From contig JAQGDQ010000391.1 in the NCBI GenBank assembly GCA_030141605.1, positions 155,865 through 219,864 on the forward strand: a stretch of 64,000 nucleotides of DNA, given 5' to 3'. Positions within the stretch are counted from its first letter, which is position 1. Each line of letters opens with the position of its first letter. This stretch comes from Tubiluchus corallicola (lineage: Eukaryota > Animalia > Priapulida). The notes beneath the pieces are model-generated. The model did not search any database. It was given only the letters and a program-made list of their open reading frames with translations, and was not told the origin of the DNA. Positions 14,580-28,840 of this stretch are shown here, piece after piece. A program made the translations under genes and the position numbers.

Positions 14580-15490
14580 CAACTATTACTATCATTACAA
14601 CTGCTGTTATTATTCCAGTTATTGTTACTGGCTACTGTTACAGTTACTAATACTATTACTGTTACTGTTACTGTTACCGTTACCGTTACTGTTACTATTA
14701 CTATCACCATTACTATAATGCTACCATTACCGTTACCATTACCATTACCATTACCATTATCTAATACATTATTATTATTACTACTACTACTTCTACTACT
14801 GTTACTATCACTAACACTGTTACTATCATTACCACCACCACTATCACTACCACTACCACCATCACTACCACTACCACTACCATTACCACTACCATTACCA
14901 CTACCACTACCACTACCACTACCACTACCACTACCACCACCACAACCATTACCACTACCATTACCGCTACCACTACCACTACCACTACCACTACCACTAC
15001 CACTACCACTACCACTACCACAACCATTACCACTACCATTACCGCTACCACTACCACTACCACTACCACTATCACTACCACTATCACTATCACTACCACT
15101 ATCACTATCACTATCACTATAACTATCACTAGCACTATTATTATCACTATCACTAGCACAACCACTATCACTATCACTATAACTATCACTAGCACTATTA
15201 CTACCACTATCACTATCACTAGCACAACCACTACCACTATCACTAACACTATTACTATCACTACCACCACCACTATCACTATAACTATCACTAACACTAT
15301 TACTACCACTACCACTATCACTATCACTATCACTAGCACAACCACTACCACTATCACTAACACTATTACCATCACTATCACTATCACCATCACTACCACT
15401 ATCACTATTACTGTCAATATCACCATTACTATTACTACTGCTACTATTGCTACACTATTACGATTACGACTGTTACTGTTTACTATTATC
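14580..15490. repeat. Compound (GTTACT)/(ACCACT)/(ACTATC) microsatellite
   Basis: Directly visible. Confidence 0.95.
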
Positions 15491-18260
15491 ATGTTTTTTA
15501 TTACTTGAAAAACACGTTCAACGCTGAACAAAATGAGTAATAAATGCAAAATTCAGAGCATGAGAATAGACCACCGAAACATTTCTTCTCGGCAGCTCTA
15601 GCTTTAGTACTGAACTATGCAGTGGTTCATGACCTGGCAGACACATCACCCACTCAAGTACAATGGATAATTAGAGAAATTAATAATTAAAAGACGAAGC
15701 AGATCATCGATACCTAATAAAATAATTATGCCAACCATATGCGAAGAACAACGCCTTATTCGTGAATGCACGTTTTTCTCTCTACGCTTCAGTTTATTCA
15801 GAAGCTTTTACAAAACCCATAGATGATCTGTTGAAGTTGTTATTATTCGGAAAAGATTAATTTAACTATGTTGCTAACTGTAAAATATTCCATTGTATAC
15901 ATGACTTTATATTACGTACTAAACGCTTCCAGTAGTTTCAATCTGATATAAAATGCATCAGTCTTAAATAATCTTACATTGATATTTTCTAACCGTCATT
16001 TTCTACTAATGTGTGATGTAATATTCTAGTAAAACTTGTCAGCTTGTGTAGTTATAGTCTATTCTTACTGTAAATGTTTATGTAAATAGTGTATAAAGTC
16101 TGTTGTGGTGAGGATCTTAAATCATGTTGTTCAAACTGTCTGATCCAATCCTAAATAATGTTTAAACTAAACTGAAACCCATAGAACAATGAAGATTGCT
16201 AATGCGCAGTGTCTTCTTACACCAGTTGTACTAATTACAAATTAATGCGTTTTCTTAACCTGTAAAGTCTTTTCTCTTATGAAATGTATTTTTAGCTAAG
16301 ATCTTTACTTCCGTTTCTTATATTACTACGTATTTTATATGGTACCTGCCTGACAGGTTTCTTACATAAAGCAAAATCGGATCCAATCTTAAACTGTAGG
16401 AGAAAACAATCTACGCTCTAAACTATTATTGAAAGGAAACAATTTTTCAAAAAGAATAACGTGAAAGAATTTTTACCTCACAAACACAATTTCGCTGAAA
16501 ATTATGTTAGTTTGTTATGTCATCAATAGCTGGGGTCGCAGGCCATTAATTAAGTTTTTAATCTATTGCTTAATTATCAGAAACACTTTTGCAGCATTAA
16601 CTGTTTTAAAATGTACACATTTTATCGGATTTGAAAATGGGGTAGTATAGGAAAAATCTTCCTGTCTTTCTTTAATCAAGGCCAAACCTTCTGGAAAGTT
16701 TATTTCAATGTTTGCGAAGAATGTTAGAAGGGTTGATTAATAAAGGCATAGTAAGTGTCTCGTTTAAATAGTAAAATCTCTTTAAAGCAACGATGATTTG
16801 ACGTTTAGCACTGCCAGTTTGAACACATATTTTTCTACCAATGACGTCGTTCATAATTATGTGGGTTGTGTTTTAATCAAGTACTCATTAGCTTATACTA
16901 GAATCAACTTACGTACTGCTGTAATAACTGCAATATTACACTAATTGTATTAATTCCACAAGTACTGGATTTCTGAATTAAGTAGTAACTTTGTACATTA
17001 CAATTTACAACTTATATTTTGCATGGGCTAATAGGGTTATTTACATCGAGAATCGTTTCTGTTATCGTACCTAATGTATGGGTTTTGTAAATTTCAATTA
17101 AGTATTAACTAATTAACTAGTCATAAATTTGTATTAACTATTTTCACCTATTACGTTCTCGGACTAACTAATTGTATATTTCGTAACTGCACATAGTGGA
17201 AATACTGTGATCAGTAATAGTTACTGTGTTGTAAATACACTCAAAGTAAATAAAGTTTAAATCATATCATCGTGCTTATCAAAGATGATAATTTTATCAT
17301 ATCGATGATATCAAAGTTTTCTTATCATCGGCTTGGAAACAGCACGCTGTCAATTTCTATCAAAAGTATAACAATTTTTTATACAAAAGTGGTTACCTAA
17401 TTTTATAACATTTTTGCATGAACATTAGGTCAGCTGCAGAACTTTTAATTAGTTTAGGTAGACCATGCTTACGGAAACACACGATGCGTTTACGAAAAGT
17501 CACGATGTCCACCGGTTACATCATAATTTTCCAACTGAATGGCGGAAAATTTTAAGTTTAAGTGGTAACAACACAAATAACACAACTAAATTACCTGACC
17601 TTTCCTTTAACTAAAGAATTAATTTTCTTATTATTTTGTGCATTTTAAGAAATTATTTTATTGATTTCCACCCCCCTTACCCAACCCCCACCCCACCCCC
17701 ACCTTTGTATTCTGAAGAAGTGCTATTTTTATATGGTGCTGAGTCCTTTAATTAATAATGCAACTCATTCTCGAGATTGTGATTATCCGTTCTGCTGCAT
17801 CTTTCCTGTGAAATGTGTGTCTTGTACAGCAAATACCCATGTCGAAATTAACAAGGTGAAAGGAAAATTTCCTAGCGCCATTTTACGTCTCACTAACCAA
17901 TTAATTTGCTTTTGTAAAAAATAACTAGAGACTCTAATTATAATTTTGTAATAATTAGAATTAAATAGTAATGTTTTATTAAGGCCTTAATTTTTAATAT
18001 TAATCATAATTTGAAATGTTAACCACAATTTTCTATCAATTTTTTACATTTCGCATTTATTTTTTCGAATAAACTATGTTTAACATAGCTAACAAAAGTT
18101 AAACCTAAACAGAAACAGAGAGAAAATGCTTGCCAACCTCAGAACAAATTAATAAATAAAAAAGAGTAAGAAAGTGCTAGTCAATACCAGAAACCTTCGA
18201 AATGAAACCAGCAAAACATTTGAGTTTTTCAAAACCACAAGATAAAAACGGTATAGTTAC

Positions 18261-19998
18261 CTTGTGCAAACTCGAACGGCAAGACCCACCAAGGATTTTT
18301 GAGCCAGCTCACGTATAGGAACCGTCCGACGTTGACAGCGAGGCCCAAGTAGAGGACCCTGATATGGCCCAAATGAGTGATGAGCCGAACAGTGAATGCA
18401 TACGCGAATATCTCCGAAATGTGGTTGATAACAGAAGCTACGCCAAAAAGGGATGGCGTTCCTCCGAGATCTTGCAAATGCCAGAAGAGGAAGGTGAACA
18501 CCAAGCCAATGCCAAATCCCATAAACCAGACAACATAGAGGACTGCAATGTAATGTATTGTTCCGAATGTTCTGAGAACCGTCATGGTTTTTGCCATCTG
18601 CGTTTCTTCCGACTGTGACGTTTGCGGCACCTTCTGGATGCTGTTGACCGTATCGGCCACGGCATCCTGGTGGTAACCGTAGTGGTTCATACTGGCAAAA
18701 TCGGCGTTCTCGTTCGTGATGCTCAACTGTGGGGTGTCCTTTTCTTTTTTCTGGTACGTCTGTCCCGACTGCAAGACACTCATGGGTAAGTTTTCGTGGT
18801 GGCAGTGTTCTTCGGAGGAAAACCAGAACTGCGTGGCCACAAGAAAGGCGCAACTCATCAGGACCGAGAACACGGCAAAACAGAGAGTGTAGTTCTTCTC
18901 CCCCGTTTCAATCTCTCCACAAGGATGGTCTGGAAAGGCCATTGTATGATCAAGAGCTATGCCCACAAAGAACATGCTGAGACCCCAGCCCAAAGAGCCG
19001 AACATTCTCTGTCTACCGTACAGATCAGCGTCCTCTGCTAGGTATTCTAAAGTGGCCGAGTCCGCCAGAGTTATTGCAGGTGCGCTGAAGAACTCGCCCA
19101 CGCAAATTAGAAGCATCAGAAGCCAAAAGACTTCGCGTACGTCTCTTTCTCGGTACACAATTGTACTGAATGGAGGTTTCACCAGACTTCCTTCCACTTC
19201 TGCATCATAATTCACAACTTGCTCCTTGCTAATTCGTTCTGGCGACTTTCCCATCACGTGACCTTCAGGGAATCTCGGCTTCTGCGTTCTGGTTTCCAAA
19301 ATCCACGCGGCTCTCTTTTCAAGATGGTGACCAGTTTCTATTTCGTCCAAGTCGTTACTAGCGTCCGTGGCCTTGCTAAATTCCTCGTACAGCATAGTGG
19401 ATGTCTGATAATCGAGTAGTTTTTTCAGCTGAGCTCCTTCGAGCCTTTGCTTGAACAAGTCGTTAGCAGGAGCTCGCTTTTCCACCTCCACGTACGGCTC
19501 TTGGAGGAAATCATGCGTTATATTCGACAGGAGACACGAGGCAGGCGGAGGCACAATGAAACAAATAGCTAACGTGAAAGCCACCCAGCAGAACAATGAA
19601 AACAGCATCACCAGTTTGCGCTTGGAAAACTTGTCACCAATGTTCGCCCAAAAGGGTCCACTACAAAACTCGATTAGAGGCCTCACGCCTATCAGAGCAC
19701 CACCTTGCACTGGGGTCATACCCAACTGCTTAAAATAAACTCCTAGTAGTGGAAACAGCGATCCAAACGCCGAAAAGAAGAAAAAGTAGAAGGCTTTGGA
19801 CATTAGCAAGTGTTTGTCAATTTTGTCCCACAGATAATCAAAACAATCGCCGCGTAGTCGTCGTTTGGGTAGAGGTGGTGGCTGTACGCCAGGAGCTCCG
19901 AGCTGTTGCTTGAAATCCGGTGGCGCACCGCCGTATCCGTATCCCTCTTCGCCCACCACCGGATCTGTCTCCATGTTGCCAAATGGTTGGAAAGACAT
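18261..19998 (-). CDS. MFSD6: MFSD6-like major facilitator superfamily membrane protein, first large coding exon (gene incomplete, later exons not located)
   Basis: 589-aa ORF with MFS-type TM segments and MFSD6-family motifs (KAFYFFFFSAFGSLFPLLGVYFKQLGM; GEFFSAPAITLADSATL; YGRQRMFGSLGWG; FLFWHLQDLGG; WWVLPFEFAQG). ATG in ACCATG context. Upstream acceptor ttgttatag|G at 20054/20053. Donor CAAG|gtaact at 18261/18260 (phase 1), so the last ORF residues (NYTVFILWF) are intronic. Confidence 0.9.
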
Positions 19999-20124
19999 GG
20001 TAACTTTTACTCAACGTCTGTTTTTCTTTTCAGGTTTCTTGCCTCGAGACAACCTATAACAAAAAGCAGCTTTGAGTATTGGTAAAGAAAAGAAAACCTG
20101 TGATTTTCTTTTGAAACGATAAAA

Positions 20125-20298
20125 AATAATGGTGATGATGGTGGTGATGATGACGCCGATGATGAAAATGATGATAATGATGATGATGATGATGACGACG
20201 ATGACGACGACGATGATGATAATAATGATTACGATAACGATGATGATGATAATGATGATGCCGAAGATGGTGATGATGACGATGATGATAATAATCAT

Positions 20299-20357
<59 letters not shown>

Positions 20358-20560
20358 ATGATGATGATGACGATGAACCAGCTATAGCAGAGAAAAACAT
20401 AAGAAAACTTATGATTTTAGTTGGAACACTAAGAAAGATATGATGATGATGATGACGATGGCGACAATAATTGTGATGATGATGATGATGACGATGAACC
20501 AACTATAGTAGAGAAAAACAAAAGAAAACTTATGATTTTAGTTGGAACACTAAAAAACAT

Positions 20561-20600
<40 letters not shown>

Positions 20601-20720
20601 CGATGACGACAATAATTGTGATGATGGTGATGGTGGTGATGGTGATGGTAACGGCGATGATGATAATAATGATGACGATTATGACGATGGTGATGACTAC
20701 GATGACGACGCTAATGATGT
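20125..20720. repeat. (ATG)n tracts with a duplicated ~75-bp spacer
   Basis: gacgatgaacca.ctatag.agagaaaaaca.aagaaaacttatgattttagttggaacactaa occurs at ~20370 and ~20490. Confidence 0.9.
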
Positions 20721-20994
20721 TGATCACGGATCACATCGGCGGAAATGATAAAGGAACTTTAGAGTTCCTAGAGAGTAAACGGGCAACAATGGCTGCTGCA
20801 GCAATCCACTCAAACTTTCTCAAATTGGTCTAATCGAAAGAAATGCTGGAACTGATTAGGCGGAAACGGAAAACGGCAAACAGGTAATTTACACAATCAA
20901 CAATCAGCAAAAGAGTCTCTTAATCATGTTAAAACAACTCAGTGGATAAGCCTTTACGAATCTTCGCATTTTCTTAATTCATTTTTATTGACAC

Positions 20995-21530
<536 letters not shown>

Positions 21531-21980
21531 CGGACACCGGTGTAAAATCATGTATTTGCTATTCAATCTTACTACATCGTTTTTAAAATAATGGCCTACG
21601 CAAATTGTATTAACAATAACATCATACTAATTGTATAGCCATTCAAGCTACATTAAGTACCATTGCAAGTGCCGTATGATGGTTCGAGTCCCCAGTAAGA
21701 GAGGATAGCAAAGGATTTACACAACTGAACATTAATGCTGCAACAGAAACCCGATCAGCTCTCAGCTTGTGCTAGAACATTGCCTTAATTTAGTAACTTG
21801 TGTTACGAATGCTGCCAGTCACGCCTAGGAATTCAGTAACCGAGTGACGAAGATCTGAAGCTCATCTTAACCTAAACTTAACCTAACCTAACCTAGCGTG
21901 CCTTGTAAGTGATGAGGTGTACAAACGTAGTGAAGATCTACTAAAACGAGGCGCTCTAATCTAACTCATGTACAAGATTT

Positions 21981-22443
21981 GGAAGGAGTTTACAATTCCC
22001 ACACAATATGAATACCCTAACCCTAACACCCGTCTCAACGCTGACACCAACTCAACCCTAACCACATCCCAACCCTATTCCTATCCCTAGCCTTAATGCT
22101 AACCCCAACCCTAACCCTAACCTTAACCCTGACACTAACCCAATCCTAACCCCATCCCAACCCTAATCCCAACCTTACCCTGACCCTAACCTTAACTTTA
22201 ATTAACCATAGAATTAATCCTACCCACAATCCAACCATAACCCCAACCGAACCCTAACCCTAGCCTTAGCTCTGACACCAACCCATCCCTTACCTCAACC
22301 CAACACTAACACTAACCATAGCCTTAATCTTAACCTCAATCCAAACCCTAACCCCAACCCAACCCTAACCCTAACCCTATTTCTAATCCTAATCTTAATT
22401 CTATTCCGCTTCACTAAGTAATTTTTAGTGTGAGAGTAAACTT
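21981..22443. mobile_element. MITE-like element with (CCCTAA)-like tract, inverted copy of 3138-3468
   Basis: ggaaggagtttacaattcccaca start is the reverse complement of the 3446-3468 end; the distal ccgcttcactaa...tgtgagagtaaact matches the other terminus. Confidence 0.65.
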
Positions 22444-22527
22444 TTTATACGATTATATACGCAACTACGCAGCTAAACAGAAAACACAGAAAAGCAAATT
22501 TCCCTAGAGAAGTAACCAACCGCTCTA

Positions 22528-23794
22528 CATTATACACCAAGACTGCTTGAACTTCACGATTCATTATCAATTCCAGCGTTTATTAACAGTAGAAATACTG
22601 TTTGGCTTTGTGTCCCGTAGTGGTTTAACACAGTTTTTAAAAACCCTTGAAGTATTCTAAAATTAATAGTTGGCGCAACACTAGCGACTTGTGGGAAAAC
22701 TATTATGTAATTAACACGTCAGTCATTAAACACTCTCGGCTTACAGAGATACACAACGCCACCAATACGCGAAGACGACACAACAAAATCTAACTTAACC
22801 TTGATCAGATGAGTCGAAAATCCGGATAAGCGACAGCGTCCATTGATTAACCCGAGCCGAATAACCGTGTGCAGACGAAAGAGCGTTATTCCGTCTCTAT
22901 TCTTATAGTCAATTCATCGCTTCTCTTGGAACGCCAAGCCGCATACTACATTGATCGTGCAGAGCAACTGAAGATCGATATGGTTAGGAGTTCTGGAGAA
23001 ATGGCGTTTGAGCCTGAGCGCTTGCCAGCGGATTTTGAATCAATGTTTTTAGCTCTCCGCTGCTGTATTGGTGGCAAAAAATCTTGCCTTGTTTATGGGA
23101 CTAAAGATTGACATTTTCAGTCGTGGTGGCAGGCTCATTGTTACCACTGACGTGTTAACTAAAAATCACCTGAGAAGAACAATGCGAGAACATTGGCTTT
23201 AAACGACGAACCAGAATTCATGCTGCTTTACACAGAAAACCATATAAGTTCATACTTATCATTAGACGGTGAAGGGGAATAGAAACACGGGCGCAAATCG
23301 AAAGAAATGTTTTAAAACTCGAAAAAAATCAACATCGAGCCTCTTAATTTCTCACTGGACAAAACAGAACGGAGCATCGAATCAGCATATATAAGTCTCT
23401 TTACTGAACAGGGAAACTTCAAGCAGTTTTTATTTAGTTAAAACTAACGGATAATAGCACATGTGAATGCGGTACAGAAATTCAAACACCTGAACAACTA
23501 AACTACAGATGCAACAGTAGACGCCATTATACACCAAGACTGCTTGAACTTCACGCGTCTAATTTCATTATCAATTCCAGCGTTTATTAACAGTAGAAAT
23601 ACTGTTTGGCTTTGTGTCCCGTAGTGGTTTAACACAGTTTCTAAAAACCCTTGAAGTATTCTAAAATTAATAGTTTGCGCGACACTGGCGACTTGTACGA
23701 AAACTATTATTTATTTAACACATTAGTCATTAAACACTATCGGCTTACAGAGAGATACAACGCCACCAATACGCAAAGACGACACAACAAAATC
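22528..23794. repeat. ~265-bp direct duplication (22528-22790 and 23525-23794)
   Basis: Both copies run from cattatacaccaagactgcttgaacttcacg to cacaacaaaatc. Confidence 0.9.
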
Positions 23795-26172
23795 CAACAA
23801 AAAAAAACACCCATTAGAAACCCTGCAGGGGGAAAACGTAACCAATGTATTTAAAAAAAAAGAAGCATTAAATAAAGCCTAGTTAATTTTGTGGGAGACG
23901 GATTTTGTTATCAGTTGGTATAAAGATGTGAAAGGGTAAAATGCATAATACAATATAATTTTAGCTCTCGCACACATATGTATATATTTATATATATATA
24001 TTTGTATAACTCTTCAGAAACTTTATTCTGATTTAATCGTAAATTTTAGCAAAATTCCTTGTTTTTCTATCTTTGTAAGTAAAGCGCGCGCGTTGAAAAA
24101 GTTTGTCATTATTAATGCTTTCCTAATATTGTAATTAAAATAATCCCAGTAAATGAATTCTGTTATTATGAACCTAAACTATTAAAAATAATTGCTAAAA
24201 TGTTTTATAAGCAAATTTGTGGTGCATGCATTAAGGACATAATTATATTTGACCGTGTAGTATATATACTCTTATATGATGATACAGTGCAGAATTATCG
24301 GCCCGCAAATAGAGGCCTTGCTTGTGTATATTGTGCAAATAAAGATTTATCATCCCCGTTATTTCCTGGGATCATCAGAAGGCGTTGTCATGCGCAGTTT
24401 TCTTATTTATGGCTAAACTTGATTTAATAATTGGCGTTTTCACAATAAAGAACATTTTATCAGTTTTGTATAAAGGAAGCTCTGTGATTGTAAGTCGCAG
24501 CCAGTCTCTTCCTGGTTGAAATTTTTAATAAAAAGACAATTTAGCACTTGATCGTCGAAGTATTGTGTTCCGTAAAACTGGTAAATTATTAGCACCAATA
24601 CCTAGCTATATTCGTTGAAAACGAATCCAGGTAAAATTGACACGTAAAAAAGACGAATCCAGGAAAAAGTTACAGGAAAAAAGAACACAGGAAAAAGGAA
24701 ATAATCTTACCCCTAACCCTAACCCTAACCACTAAACCCAACAATAATCCAAATCCTAACCACTAATCTTAATCCAAAATCTTAGCCAAAATTAAATGTG
24801 TCTTTTTTCCATGACTTTCTTTCCTACGACTTTATCATCGGCCACCTGGAAAACCAAGTTATGATAGTATCCTGCATTGTGAAATGCAAAGTAAAAACAG
24901 AGAATTGTGCTCCATTTTTCAGTCGGAATCCCCCAGGGTGGTTGTTTAGGTCTTGTTCTTTTTCATTCATTTAAGATATCAGCTATTTATGTTTAAAATT
25001 AACGTGGCTTATGAATACAGGATCATAATTTTAAGTTCAGTCCTTGTCACTTTTAAAAGCTGACAATTAAGAAAGGCAAAATTATAAAGAGTGAACATTA
25101 TTGGGATACAAACATGACGGCGACCATTTCTCAACAAAAAAGACGTTTCAGCTGCTAAGCAAATGTTTACAACAATGGTATCAGAACACCGTTTCACTTA
25201 AAGTACGTTTGCAGTGCTTCTGACATGTGTGTAAACCTATCTCTACCACATTTTAGTCATATTCGCAGAAGACCATATTAAATCGTTCAAAACAGTATTG
25301 TAAACTGGCAGTAGTGTTACAACTGCTATTATTAATTCACATAGACTCGTCAAATCTAGTTTCTAATGAAATGGAAAGAATTATTACGCAATTAGCCTCT
25401 AAAATTTATTTAACTTTTATTTTACTAACCCTGGATATATATTTACTCTTGTAATTTTTACTTCGTTATATTTTATTTCATTTTAGGAATGTATTTGTAT
25501 TTTATATGGTCTTAGTTACCGAAATAAAAAATAATTGAATTGAATTATCCGTCCGTTTGTCGCAGCTAGCAATGAAGATGCTTAGCGACGCCAAACTTTT
25601 CTTCGCATATAGACTCCTAGAACAATTGCTCTAGAAATTTACTGAGGACTGTTTGCAATCACTGTACAGTTTGCAATGGTGATTAGAGCTGCATTTTCAC
25701 GTACAAGTACTGCAGGCGATTCGCGAAGGTTGAAGACAAAGCTTGCCGCGCAGAATTTATTTGCCTCGCGAATTATCGGATAATCTCACACGATTGGTTG
25801 AATGACGTAATTCAATATAATATGCAATGTCTGATATGGGCTGTGCACATGGTTTCTCCGTCCACTGGGATACACTAAGACGCGCGAACATCGATTGCTA
25901 TTCATTCGAGTAGGATTCACTTGCCTACTGGCTGTACAATTTATTTTAGATTGAAAAGGATGAAGTAGCAAAGTGCTTTTGGAAAAGTAGAGACGACAAA
26001 AGATTGCAGTGTAAAATACGAAAAAAAGCACAAGTAATAATAATATCAAACAGTAAAAGCAGTTGTAATGGTAGTGGTGGTGGGAGGGGGTGATAGTAGT
26101 CGCACCTTTTATCACAAGACACGAAAGATAACAACTCGGTAGTTACTACAATTATTGACAGCAGTGGTATCA

Positions 26173-26605
<433 letters not shown>

Positions 26606-28189
26606 CATAATTTCGAGACGAATGTTTTACACGAAGTTTTCAAACGCCAATTGCAATTTAGACCAACTTAGCTGTTTTATATTGTGATAACCATATGGTT
26701 TTTTGGCGACTGTAAATGATAATACCCATTACTTATCTTGTGAAAAATTTTGTCACCCGAACAAAGCTGCTTCATCACGACCGATTATTCTATGTCTTCT
26801 TTCGCAGGTGCAGTTTATAGAGTAAAATTAATCTTTACTTCTAAGGTATCCCCTATTGACTCGTTACTTGTCTTTATATCTTTATTAATTGTAATCACTG
26901 CACTCGAGATTTTGCGGTATTTATTAACTGAGAGTGAAATAGCAACCCCTTTCAACATTTTACTTGTGTTACTTTGATTTTTCAAAGTCACGCCTACACG
27001 TATTCTCCGTGTAAGCTGCTGTAAGCAAGCAAAAACAGGGATATGCACGATATTTCAATACGTACACATAAAACGATGTTTCTTTGATGCTTGTTTACAA
27101 TAGCACGAGCTTTGTGACTTATCATAACTCTAAAAATGTTTTGTGTATTCATTTGTTAATGTATTCTGATGCAGAATTCCTCGCAGAAGAAATTCTTACT
27201 ACAAGAAAATGTTCTTTTGAACAAGGACAATGCAGAAGATGATTAATGGCGTCTCATATGCGTTACGTTGATTTCAGGATGTTAGTCGCCTAAACAAAAT
27301 GAATGACTTGAGTTGAAAACGTGTCACCTTGGGTAGATCCCTCAAGTCTTGTCTTTGTCTTTTTCTTTGACTTTGTCTTTGTCTTTGTCTCACTTTTGTA
27401 AAGAAATTAAAACCACGACCGGTTAAAATAATATTTTAAAATGCTCAAACAAACTCAATTTTGCTTTGAAATCTCAGTTTTGTATTGAAAACAGGTTTGA
27501 TTATGATGGCGATGATGATGATGATAATGGTTGTGGTGGTGGTGATAGTGGCGATTGTGGTAGTACTGATAGTGGTTCTTATAAGTCGATATTTCGATTG
27601 CATACTTGAAAGAGCTAAAATCAGAGAGTGTCCAGTGTAAGTATCTGTAAAGGGTCACGTTTCTTGGCTGAAGTATTTCTGGCACCTTGTGAAATTCATT
27701 GAAACCCTTGTCCACTTAAGAACTCAATGTTTTCCCCTTAAGTAATCATCTTTACATGTAAGTCTAATTCCTACATCTTGCCATTCGCCATCATCTTTCT
27801 CACCACATCTTCACTCTCATTACCTTTCAGACTTTCCTTCCTTTTATCATGCATCTCCTGCACTCCTGTTATTCCATACTCCCTGTTCGACTCAGATCTT
27901 ACAAGTTCGGTATGATCTGATCTGAGACGATAATTTTCTGCGCTGCACTAATCGTTTAGCTTAATCTTATTTCCCATGTTATTTTTATACATTGTCCATT
28001 TTTGTGTAAGATATTGTTAAATTGTACTTGGAATAAATAATATATACGACGTCTTAGCTCGAAACGGGCGGAACACATTCGATGAAAAACATATCAAAAT
28101 ATAAAGACAATTTAAAAATAATATATACAGTAGTGAATAATAGAGTTTGTTAACTGTGAAAAGAATCATTAATTGACTAGTTGTGCTGC

Positions 28190-28840
28190 CTTCTTCTTCC
28201 TCTCTTCTTTTCCTTTCTTTTCTCATGTGCACTGACTCTTTTCTCATTGAATTTGTTGCACGTTTTCCAAATGGCTGTTCTCCAAAATAGTCGATCTTCT
28301 ACGATTCTTTGCCGTTCATCCAGAATTTAACCACATTTCAAAGCGCTTTTACAGGTATCCTTGTATCTTAGCTTTGGGCGTCTAATGGGGCGTGTCCCTT
28401 CTGTTAGTTCCCGATACAGAAGGGCTCTCACTGGTCTCTCATTGTCCATTCTAGATGCATGGGCCAGCCAGCGCAGTCTACTTCTTACCAATTTGATTGC
28501 GATTTCTTCAATACCTGCAGGAGTTAAAGCTTCTTCGTTACTAATGTAATCATCACATTTGATTATCAAGACCCTTCTCAAGTGACGTTGTTGTACAGTG
28601 TGAAGCTGTCTGACTTGGTGATAATAAAGAGTCCAAGTCCCCCCCCCCCCCGTAAAGTAGTAGGGGCATCAGGCACTGGTTGTAAACTTTGATTTTCGTT
28701 GAGCAGGTGAGTTCATGTGAGTCGAAAACTCCACTTTGTAGTCTTCCATATCCACAGGACACTGCTTGGATGCCTGATGTAAGCTCTTCTTTCATCGAAC
28801 AGTCTTCGGTTACATAACTACCGAAATACTTGAAACGCTT
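28190..28840 (-). mobile_element. 5'-truncated RTE-clade non-LTR retrotransposon fragment (C-terminal part of the RT ORF)
   Basis: Translates across a frameshift at the poly-C run (~28620) as FKYFGSYVT...TKIKVYNQCLMPLLLYG / ETWTL...RHLRRVL...ISNEEAL...RLRWLAHASRMDNERPVRALLY...GTRPIRRPKLRYKDTCKSALK, which is characteristic of the RTE ORF end. Confidence 0.88.

Noticed and set aside
1-18200. Downstream MFSD6 exons
   Set aside because: No segment encoding the expected C-terminal TM helices was recognised by eye; they may lie outside the window or have been missed.
18257-20059. Overlapping and antisense ORFs within MFSD6
   Set aside because: Shadow ORFs of a GC-richer coding exon with no recognisable motifs.
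21670-21700. tRNA or SINE (GGTTCGAGTCCC B-box-like)
   Set aside because: No cloverleaf or convincing A box, and no second copy seen.
22015-22400. True telomere or fusion scar
   Set aside because: The hexamers are highly degenerate and enclosed by termini shared with another dispersed copy.
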